Shown piece by piece: positions 27,356 to 34,919 of a stretch of DNA of 64,000 nt (its first letter is position 1; each line of letters starts with the position of its first letter). The translations under genes and the position numbers were made by a program. Location: positions 7,609 to 71,608 of the forward strand of contig JALSNX010000028.1 in NCBI GenBank assembly GCA_026986775.1, read 5' to 3'. A model generated the notes under the pieces. That model had not been told where the DNA came from. It was given only the letters and a program-made list of their open reading frames with translations, and did not search any database. Source of the stretch: a candidate division WOR-3 bacterium (GTDB lineage: Bacteria; Hydrothermota; Hydrothermia; UBA1063; CAJXJZ01).

Positions 27356-29844
27356 TGCTTTATTCTTTTCACATACTCCCTGTGAAGTTTCTCAGCCTCA
27401 TCTCTGTTCAGTGCTTCCACGAACACATGAAAGTAAGGCTCAAATTCATCTGGATGAATCATCACCCACGAATCTTTATACACTATTTTGATACCATCAA
27501 GGAATGAGGCTTCCTCTCCATGAGCAAGTTCACTCATCTTTCTCATAACAGTTCCTTTTCTATCCCACGGACAGGCGACCTTTTCATGTATAAAATATGG
27601 CCTCTTTAAATCACTGTAAAAGCCATTGATATCCTTTCCAACTCCTGCAAGCATTTCCAGTATTTTACCGATTGCAAACATACCATCTTCTGCTATCTGA
27701 AACTCCGGAAAAATAAAGGCGCCATTCCCCGATGCTACAAGTTTCATATCCGGTGTCTTTGCCTCCTGCGCCATAACTCTTGGATTTGTTGCAATAGGTC
27801 TTACTTCAAAGCCCATTCTCTCGCCTTCTTCAAACACAATTTTAGGAGTATAGGGTGGCACTGCAATGACACCATGTTCGCCATAGGAAAGGGTAAGCAT
27901 GGAGACAAAAACCAGAAGGTCAATACCCTCTATAACATTGCCTCTGTTATCCACAACAATAATCTTCTCGCCATTGGGATAAAGATAAAATCCGACGTCA
28001 AATTTGAGAGATTTTACTATCTTCCCAAGTTCTATGAGCCTCTTTTTGATAACCTCTTCACTCTTAGAAATCTTCCTGTAATCACTGTAAGAATTGAGTG
28101 TAACTACATCCTCAACAAGCTCCTCTATCATGTACAAAAATCTTGGGGCGGTTGTTCCATTTGAGAGGTCAAGAACAATTCTAAACTTCCGTTGCCTTAT
28201 TAGCTCTGTGTTAAGAGCCTTTTTAAATCCCTCCTCATAAAAATCCCAGAGCCTTGTTTCAAAGCTAATACTTCCCACCTCATAATGATGGGCACGCCTG
28301 AAGTCTTCCCTGTAATAAATTCTTTCTATGGATTTGGCTTCAGAACCTGATATATCAACACCATTAGAGTCATAGAAATAGATTTCTGTGGATTCAGGCT
28401 CAGTGGGAGACTGTTTGAAGTAAACGCCTCCCATCTCACCAAAAGTTTGAAGTTTATATCTTAAAACAGGTATTGGAATGTTCTGTGCGTCCTTTACCTG
28501 CACTCCCGTGGACGCAAGTCCACCCATAAATGACCTTCTAAGCATTCTTGAGGCAGGATGTGCATCCCTTCCCAGTAAGATGGTTGCATTTCTCGGTAAC
28601 ACTGTTCCGTATGCAGAACCAAGTTTGGTGGTCATTTCAGGCGTAAGCTCAATATTTGTAAGCCCCTTTATAAATGAACCCTGAAACAGTGCCTTTTTCC
28701 ATTTCTCACCCCATACAAGGTTAAAAGATACAACTGAACCCTGCTCTATCTTCTTACTCGGCCATATTTTTATCCCCTCTTTAACAACAGACTCCCTTCC
28801 TATTCTGCACTCATCCCCTATAACCGCACCCTCCTGAATATGAACATTCTCCTCAACATAGACTCCATTCATTAAAACTGCTTTCTCAATTTTTGTGGCC
28901 TTTTTGAGATAAACATTATCCCAGAGTATTGCACCATCAAGAACAACATCGTCCTCTATTACACAATTATTGCCTATAACCGAGAGCCTTATCTTGGAGT
29001 TTTTGCCGATCCTGGTATTATTACCTATGATAATGGTACCCTGAAAGTTTACATTCTTTCCCAAAACCACATCCTCCCCGATACGAACATCCCTTCCTAC
29101 AAGGTCAAGCTTCTTTCCCGGCACTTCAACGTTAACCATACCATTTAAAATATCGTAATTTGCCAGTCTGTATGAATCAGGGTCTCCTATATCCCTCCAG
29201 TACCCTTCTGATATAAAACCAAACAACCTTTTCTTTTCATTCAGAAGTGCTGGGTAGAGATTCTTTGAAAAATCATATTCCTCATCCTGTGGTATCCTTT
29301 CAATCATCTCGTCGGTAAGAAGGTAAATACCGGTATTTATGGTATCAGAAAATACCTCTCCCCATGTGGGCTTTTCCAGAAACTTAATTATTCTACCCTC
29401 TTCATCTGTAATAACTATACCAAATTGAAGTGGATTATCCACTCTGGTAAGACCGATGGTAACATCAGCAGATTTTTTGTTGTGAAAATCAAGCATTTCT
29501 GAAAGTTCAAAGTCAGTGAGAAGGTCACCACTTATGATAAGATAAAGGTCATCAGGAAATCTATCCCTTGCAAACCTTACAGCACCAGCGGTTCCAAGGT
29601 CTTTATTTGGTATAACATAGTTTATCCTCACTCCGAAATCACTTCCATCGCCGAAAAAGTTCTTGATATATTCTGGGTGATAATAAAGGAGCATAACGAT
29701 ATCAGTTATACCATGTCTTCTAAGAAGTTTCACTATATGCTCCAGGACAGGACGATTTACAAGAGGAAGCATGGGTTTTGGAATATTTACGGTAAGGGGC
29801 CTTATTCTGGTCCCGAACCCACCTGCCATTACAAAGGCTTTCAT
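27343..29844 (-). CDS. sugar-1-phosphate nucleotidylyltransferase (with left-handed beta-helix) fused to a phosphohexomutase-like domain
   Basis: 833 aa; N-terminus MKAFVMAGGFGTRIRPLTVNIPKPMLP; hexapeptide repeats around residues 240-360; C-terminal half aligns by eye to PGM/PMM, but canonical active-site loops are not evident (see finding). Confidence 0.8.
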   Translation of the reverse strand: MKAFVMAGGFGTRIRPLTVNIPKPMLPLVNRPVLEHIVKLLRRHGITDIVMLLYYHPEYIKNFFGDGSDFGVRINYVIPNKDLGTAGAVRFARDRFPDDLYLIISGDLLTDFELSEMLDFHNKKSADVTIGLTRVDNPLQFGIVITDEEGRIIKFLEKPTWGEVFSDTINTGIYLLTDEMIERIPQDEEYDFSKNLYPALLNEKKRLFGFISEGYWRDIGDPDSYRLANYDILNGMVNVEVPGKKLDLVGRDVRIGEDVVLGKNVNFQGTIIIGNNTRIGKNSKIRLSVIGNNCVIEDDVVLDGAILWDNVYLKKATKIEKAVLMNGVYVEENVHIQEGAVIGDECRIGRESVVKEGIKIWPSKKIEQGSVVSFNLVWGEKWKKALFQGSFIKGLTNIELTPEMTTKLGSAYGTVLPRNATILLGRDAHPASRMLRRSFMGGLASTGVQVKDAQNIPIPVLRYKLQTFGEMGGVYFKQSPTEPESTEIYFYDSNGVDISGSEAKSIERIYYREDFRRAHHYEVGSISFETRLWDFYEEGFKKALNTELIRQRKFRIVLDLSNGTTAPRFLYMIEELVEDVVTLNSYSDYRKISKSEEVIKKRLIELGKIVKSLKFDVGFYLYPNGEKIIVVDNRGNVIEGIDLLVFVSMLTLSYGEHGVIAVPPYTPKIVFEEGERMGFEVRPIATNPRVMAQEAKTPDMKLVASGNGAFIFPEFQIAEDGMFAIGKILEMLAGVGKDINGFYSDLKRPYFIHEKVACPWDRKGTVMRKMSELAHGEEASFLDGIKIVYKDSWVMIHPDEFEPYFHVFVEALNRDEAEKLHREYVKRIKQWIK

Positions 29845-30215
29845 TTTTTTCTCTCCGAAAGAAGCCTTTTAATTTCGTTTTTAAGCTCTGTGAGATCTGC
29901 CTGTTTAACCACGTAGGCATCAGCAAACCAGGACATATAATCTTCCTGATAGGAAACATAAGCAGTACTCAGAATAACAGGTATCTTGAGTTCTTCCTTC
30001 ACAATTTTCTGAAGGGCATCAAGTCCTGACATACCTTTCATCTTTATATCAAGAACTATCAGGTCTATATCCCTATCCTTTTGAAGTATCTCTAAAGCTT
30101 CTTCTCCACTTGATGCAAGCAGTACCTCATACCCTTCTTTGGTAAATGTTGTTTTGTAGAGCAATCTTATGTTGTCTTCGTCGTCCACAAACAAAATCCG
30201 AGGCTTCTTATCCAT
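29841..30215 (-). CDS. stand-alone response-regulator receiver (CheY-like)
   Basis: 124 aa; ILFVDDEDN, phospho-acceptor context DLIVLDIKMKGMSG, ILSTAY, conserved Lys in AYVVKQ; ATGA overlap with the downstream gene. Confidence 0.9.
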   Translation of the reverse strand: MDKKPRILFVDDEDNIRLLYKTTFTKEGYEVLLASSGEEALEILQKDRDIDLIVLDIKMKGMSGLDALQKIVKEELKIPVILSTAYVSYQEDYMSWFADAYVVKQADLTELKNEIKRLLSERKK

Positions 30216-30279
30216 TTTATTCCTCCCGTTAGGTGTTTTTATGTTAAAGGAAAACAGGTGTTTTTTAAATCTATGAACC

Positions 30280-31854
30280 TTATAAAAGTCCTTTTCTCAA
30301 AGCTTTAAATCTATACATTTCACTATCGGCCTCTTTAATGAGCTTTGTAAGTTTTTTGCCATGCTCTGGATAAATGGCAACCCCATAGGAAAAGGAATGG
30401 GGCTTTTCAGTTTCCCCACCTATCTTTTCAAGGCTTTCCTTTTCAAATATTTCCTTTATCCTTTCTATGGTGCTTACTGCCTCCTCTCTATCAGAACCCC
30501 ACAGTATAACTATAAATTCATCGCCTCCGTACCGCACAATAAAATCGGACTTTCTGAGGTTCCTTTTAAACACTTCCACAAGTAATGTTAGAAGTCTGTC
30601 ACCATAGAGGTGACCCATGGTATCATTTACCCTCTTTAAGGAATCAAGGTCAATAAAGACAAGTGCAAATTTTCTTCGGTCTCTATCTGCTGTTGAAATA
30701 AGCCTTTCAAACTCGTTTTCAAGATAAGCATATGTGTATGCTCCTGTCAAACTATCAATAAAAGCAAGCTCCTTAAGACGCAGCATAACCTCTGCTGCCT
30801 GAAGAACAGGCGCTATCGTACCTGCAACGGCCTCTATGAACTGTCTGTCATACATTGAGAAGGAATCTTTTTCTTTGGATTCTATGTCAATCACACCCAC
30901 CACCTTATTTCTTATGATTACGGGTATGGCAATCTCTGACTTTACATCTTCCCCGGGAGTGGGATAAAATCTCAAATCTCTGGAAACGTCGTTGGAAATA
31001 ACAGGCACCCTGTGTTTAAAAGCGTAAGTGGAAAGCCCCTTATCAGTCGGCATCCTTAAACCAACAACATTTTCGTTTGCTCCAACCTGTGCCACCACCT
31101 TCAGACTATTTCCTTCTGGCACAAGAAGAAAATACTTACCCTCTATCTTCAAAACATCTTTTATAATGAGAAGTACCCTTCTGAAGAAATTCTCAACATC
31201 GGAGAGATTCTTTATTTCCTCACCAATGCGGTAAATCGCCTGCAATCTGAGGATAGGAGCGTACAGTCTCTTTTCCCTTTTAATAATATCTTCATAATCG
31301 GTTGTATCAAATTTAATGGGTTTTAATACCCTGCAGGCAACCTCCACCACATCCGCATCCCACCTTGAACCAACGGACTTTTTAAGTTCAGCCTTGGCTT
31401 CCTTTGAGGTAAAAGCTTTACGATAAGGACGATCTTCTGTAAGGGCAGCATAAGCATTGCACACAGCCAGAATCCGAACTTCAAGTGGTAATGAGAGAGA
31501 TGGAATACCATCAGGATACCCCTTTCCATTGACATACTCATGGTGCCATCTTGCCCACTGCGCATAACTTTTAAGTGCATCTATTTTTCCAATAAGCTTT
31601 TCACTGTAAACCGGGTGTTCTTTCATAATAGCAATCTCTTCAGTCTCAAGATTACGTGTCTTGGTAAGCACCATCTCTGGAATTATAATCTTTCCTATAT
31701 CATGCAGAAAGGCTACATAGTATAGCTCATCGCTGTAAACACCCATGGCCTGAGCAACTTTCTTTGTGTACTCCGCTACCCTGTAGCCATGACCGAGAAG
31801 ATTCGGATGTCTCAGCTCTGGTAAAATTGACAAAAGTTCAACCCATTTTCTCAT
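30280..31854 (-). CDS. HD-GYP phosphodiesterase domain + GAF domain + GGDEF diguanylate cyclase domain protein
   Basis: 524 aa; FLHDIGK and HHEYVNGKGYPDG (HD-GYP); central GAF-like region; RKSDFIVRYGGDEF (intact GGDEF with an RxxD I-site at canonical spacing). Confidence 0.85.
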   Translation of the reverse strand: MRKWVELLSILPELRHPNLLGHGYRVAEYTKKVAQAMGVYSDELYYVAFLHDIGKIIIPEMVLTKTRNLETEEIAIMKEHPVYSEKLIGKIDALKSYAQWARWHHEYVNGKGYPDGIPSLSLPLEVRILAVCNAYAALTEDRPYRKAFTSKEAKAELKKSVGSRWDADVVEVACRVLKPIKFDTTDYEDIIKREKRLYAPILRLQAIYRIGEEIKNLSDVENFFRRVLLIIKDVLKIEGKYFLLVPEGNSLKVVAQVGANENVVGLRMPTDKGLSTYAFKHRVPVISNDVSRDLRFYPTPGEDVKSEIAIPVIIRNKVVGVIDIESKEKDSFSMYDRQFIEAVAGTIAPVLQAAEVMLRLKELAFIDSLTGAYTYAYLENEFERLISTADRDRRKFALVFIDLDSLKRVNDTMGHLYGDRLLTLLVEVFKRNLRKSDFIVRYGGDEFIVILWGSDREEAVSTIERIKEIFEKESLEKIGGETEKPHSFSYGVAIYPEHGKKLTKLIKEADSEMYRFKALRKGLL

Positions 31855-31863
31855 AGTTACATC

Positions 31864-31892
31864 ATAATAATCCTACCCCTTTGACCAGTCAA
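31864..31892 (-). promoter_or_regulatory. candidate promoter for the HD-GYP/GGDEF gene (TTGACT-N17-TATTAT), -10 only 9 nt from the ATG
   Basis: Minus strand TTGACTggtcaaaggggtaggatTATTATgatgtaactATG; no SD between the -10 and the start. Confidence 0.4.
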
Positions 31893-31909
31893 GAATTTAC
31901 TTTTAGAAT
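31881..31909 (+). promoter_or_regulatory. candidate promoter for the DAK2-DegV gene (TTGACC-N17-TAGAAT), -10 ends 6 nt before the ATG (leaderless candidate)
   Basis: Plus strand TTGACCagtcaagaatttactttTAGAATatacttATG; no SD. Its -35 overlaps the -35 of the divergent promoter within the palindrome TTGAC-CA-GTCAA. Confidence 0.5.
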
Positions 31910-31915
31910 ATACTT

Positions 31916-33706
31916 ATGACTGAGAAGAAAAAAATACTAAAAGGACCGGACTTTGCAAAGGGTATACTTACTGCAATTGCAAACCTTTTGAAAAGAAGGG
32001 AATTTTTGAACTCAATCAATGTGTTCCCGGTACCTGATGGAGATACCGGTTCTAACCTTTCACATACCCTGAAGGGAGCAGCACCCATACTCATAGAAGC
32101 AGGTGAACAGCTCAAACTGTGTGAAGTTGTCAAAAGATTTTCAGAATCTCTTGTTTTGGAGGCAAAAGGTAACTCCGGAGTTATTCTATCTCAATTTTTC
32201 ATAGAGTTTCAGGAGGCTATAAAAGGAAAAGAATCACTGACTGGAAAGGAGTTTGCAAAAGCCCTGAAACAGGCTGTTGATAATACCTACAGGGCAATAG
32301 AAAATCCTGTAGAGGGAACCATTTTGAGCGTTATGCGGGATTCTGCCAATGCGGCTTTAAAATCCGCTAAAAGACACGATACATTTGTTGATGTTCTTGA
32401 AGACGTATATCACGAGACTTTGAAATCACTTGAAAAGACAAAAAAGGCCATGCTCAGGCTGAAAGGTAAAGAGGTAATTGACGCAGGTGCCTTTGGCTAT
32501 TTTCTATTAATTGAAGGGCTTTACAGATATTTTAAAGACGGACATTATGAAATACCGGATATAGACTTTGAAGACGAGCAAAAGAAAAGCGATTATATAG
32601 AGCAGGAAGAAATTAAAGAGAGATACTGCACCGAAGCTGTTATTGAAGGCGAAAACCTTTCTCAGAAAAAATTAAAAATACTTCTGGCCGCCCTTGGAAG
32701 TTCTCTTATTGTAATGGGAGCAGGGAAACTGTTTCACATTCACGTTCATACCAACTGGCCGGATAAAGTGTTTGATGTTCTGAAAAAAGAAGGACGAATA
32801 ATAAAGAAGAAAATAGACGACATGATTCAGATGAATCAGGAGGCTCAGAAAAAGGAACTGGGAATAGTTGTGGACTCTGCCTCTGACATGCCCATAGACA
32901 CAGCTCAGGAAAAGGACATTTACATAGTGCCACTTACCGTATTTATTGATGGAACGCCATACAGGGAAGGCGTTGACATAACGAGGGAAGAGATTACAAA
33001 AATAATTCTTGAAGGAAAACACGAAATTAAAACCTCACAACCCTCACCCAATGATTTCAAACAGGCTATTGATAGGGCATTTGAGAAATACAGAAACGTT
33101 TTGATAATCACACTTTCGTCCAGTCTTTCAGGTACATTTGGAGCTGCCCAGCTTGCCCAGAAATCTTATAAAGATAAGAGTGAAAGCATATTCGTATTTG
33201 ACTCAAGAATGGCATCCTTAGGTGAGACTCTTCTGGCAATAAGAGCAAGAGAAAAAGCAGAGGAAGGATACTCTCCACGAGAAATAGTTTCATACCTCAA
33301 TAAACTGGTTTCCTACTCAAAGTATCTCCTCGTGGTGGGCGATCTGAAATCCCTTATAAAGCGTGGAAAAATAGGTAAAATAAGCGGCGCCATTGGAACC
33401 TACCTCAAAATAAAACCTATATTAACCTTTGATGAGCAGGGAGCATTATACGCCCAGGAGAAAATCATGGGTCTGGACAGGGCAATTAGAAAAATGGGAG
33501 AAATGCTTGAGGAATCTTTAAGGAAAACCTGGACATATGACTTTGGATTTACTCACTTTGCTTTTGAAGAGGGAATGAAAAAACTTGAAGAATTCGTCAT
33601 AAGCAGATTCTCAGCACATACTGTTTTCAGAACATGGGCTTCACCGGTAATAGGAGCCTATACAGGTCCTGATTCTGTGGGAGTTGTTGCCATACCAAGG
33701 ATATAA
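31916..33706 (+). CDS. DAK2-domain (FakA/YloV-like kinase N-domain + middle domain) fused to a complete DegV (FakB-like fatty-acid-binding) domain
   Basis: 596 aa; NVFPVPDGDTGSNL (DAK2); middle ERYCTEAVIEG...HIHVHTNWP; from about residue 314 a DegV domain: GIVVDSASDMP, TSQPSP, ITLSSSLSGTFGAAQ, LKIKPILTF. Confidence 0.85.
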   Translation: MTEKKKILKGPDFAKGILTAIANLLKRREFLNSINVFPVPDGDTGSNLSHTLKGAAPILIEAGEQLKLCEVVKRFSESLVLEAKGNSGVILSQFFIEFQEAIKGKESLTGKEFAKALKQAVDNTYRAIENPVEGTILSVMRDSANAALKSAKRHDTFVDVLEDVYHETLKSLEKTKKAMLRLKGKEVIDAGAFGYFLLIEGLYRYFKDGHYEIPDIDFEDEQKKSDYIEQEEIKERYCTEAVIEGENLSQKKLKILLAALGSSLIVMGAGKLFHIHVHTNWPDKVFDVLKKEGRIIKKKIDDMIQMNQEAQKKELGIVVDSASDMPIDTAQEKDIYIVPLTVFIDGTPYREGVDITREEITKIILEGKHEIKTSQPSPNDFKQAIDRAFEKYRNVLIITLSSSLSGTFGAAQLAQKSYKDKSESIFVFDSRMASLGETLLAIRAREKAEEGYSPREIVSYLNKLVSYSKYLLVVGDLKSLIKRGKIGKISGAIGTYLKIKPILTFDEQGALYAQEKIMGLDRAIRKMGEMLEESLRKTWTYDFGFTHFAFEEGMKKLEEFVISRFSAHTVFRTWASPVIGAYTGPDSVGVVAIPRI

Positions 33707-33717
33707 AAGAAAGAGTA

Positions 33718-34899
33718 TCAGAAATGTCTATTTTTTACTCCAGCACGTGCTCTGAAAAGCTCAATCATCTCTTTTAAACTTCTTAATGACGCATCGGGGT
33801 CTTTTAGAGCAAGTTTTGTATGATTTAGAACCCTTAAAACCCAGAGTTTAAAAAGAAGCTTTCTCCATTCTTCAATGGTAGGGTCAAAATGTTTCATAAA
33901 TATCTCATAGGACTCATACCATAGTGTCGGATTCATAAAATCGTAATCTCCATCAGAAATTGCTTTTGATACCCTTTCTCTTATATGGGAGGGGAAGTAC
34001 TCTAAAAGCAATGACTTCATCTTCTCGGTCCACCCCTCTTTAAACTCTCTTATAGTACCATCTATATCAAAGGCTATACGGGTCTTGTATTCCTGTGGAA
34101 CCTCCACTGTATTGTCTTTATGGTAAACCATTCTATCCGTATCTATCCTGAGGTTTTTATTTTCCCGTATAAAATCAAAGCACTCCACAGTCATGGTTTC
34201 AAGGTCACTGAGTTTGCCATAGAGTTTATGGTGCTTTCCCTCTTTAATATAAACCTCATACAGTTTAACCCCATATCTTGCAAAAGATATAGTCAAAGCT
34301 GTATCTATGGACCAGTCACTCGCCTCTAAAACAATTTTATCTTTTGCCAGTCGTTCTGCAACTTCTCGTGTAAACCCCAGTTCTCCTCCAAGTGGCTGCT
34401 CTATATCGGGAAGAATTGTATGTGGCCACACATACGCAAAGCCGGTTCTCGTAATATTCCATGTAACCATTGCATCTGTATAGGCTCTCGGGAAAAAGCA
34501 TCTTGATACATGGTATCCTTCATCAAGCCTAAGCTGTACCCTATCAATCCATGTTCTGGAAAAGGACTTTATATCAGCATCGTAAAAGTGCAGAAATTTC
34601 TCTTTTCCTCTCTCAACAAAATATTGAATTGCAGTATTCATCCCATCACCCTTACCCGCTCGTCTTTTTGTTCCAAGTCTCTTCTGTATTATAAGTGATA
34701 TTCTGCTTTTTTCCTCTGCTTTAAGCGTGCTTATAAAATCAGATATACCTCTGTAAGTCTCATTTTCATTATAACCTACCAGAATTACATGCCCCACTCT
34801 TTCATGAGAAAGAGCCTCTTTTATATTATTTTTGAAATCTTCCACGTTTTCTTTTTTGAAGGGAAAACAAACGGCAATGTCTTTTTGCCCCTTTTCCAT
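33718..34899 (-). CDS. GT-A fold glycosyltransferase, glucosyl-/mannosyl-3-phosphoglycerate synthase-like
   Basis: 393 aa; AGKGDGMNTA (compare GKGE(A/G) in GpgS/MpgS), HFYDADIKSF (DxD), QPLGGELGFTRE (compare PLSGEYA in GpgS). The specific sugar and acceptor are not decidable. Confidence 0.5.
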   Translation of the reverse strand: MEKGQKDIAVCFPFKKENVEDFKNNIKEALSHERVGHVILVGYNENETYRGISDFISTLKAEEKSRISLIIQKRLGTKRRAGKGDGMNTAIQYFVERGKEKFLHFYDADIKSFSRTWIDRVQLRLDEGYHVSRCFFPRAYTDAMVTWNITRTGFAYVWPHTILPDIEQPLGGELGFTREVAERLAKDKIVLEASDWSIDTALTISFARYGVKLYEVYIKEGKHHKLYGKLSDLETMTVECFDFIRENKNLRIDTDRMVYHKDNTVEVPQEYKTRIAFDIDGTIREFKEGWTEKMKSLLLEYFPSHIRERVSKAISDGDYDFMNPTLWYESYEIFMKHFDPTIEEWRKLLFKLWVLRVLNHTKLALKDPDASLRSLKEMIELFRARAGVKNRHF

Positions 34900-34919
34900 G
34901 CCTCTCCTCCATTTTCAAA

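Noticed and set aside
29720-29959. 79-aa minus-strand ORF spanning the receiver/nucleotidyltransferase junction
   Set aside because: It is out of frame with two strongly supported genes that occupy the same DNA, and nothing supports it independently.
30230-30264. Direct repeat AGGTGTTTTT twice (25-nt spacing) between the GGDEF gene and the receiver gene
   Set aside because: It is short and AT-rich, with only a weak AAAAC/GTTTT pairing potential. That is insufficient to call a terminator or an operator.
33742-33751. 10-bp perfect palindrome AGCACGTGCT near the convergent gene junction
   Set aside because: It lies inside the coding region of the GpgS-like gene, has no loop and no flanking T-run, so it is not a terminator. 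It is probably a chance occurrence.
33997-34110. HAD-phosphatase-like motif FDIDGTI in the C-terminal part of the GpgS-like protein, which could hint at a fused phosphatase
   Set aside because: Only about 120 mostly helical residues follow it. I see no motif II Ser/Thr, motif III Lys or motif IV acidic pair in a Rossmann-like pattern, so a single pentapeptide match is probably coincidental. The nucleotide coordinates for this motif are approximate.
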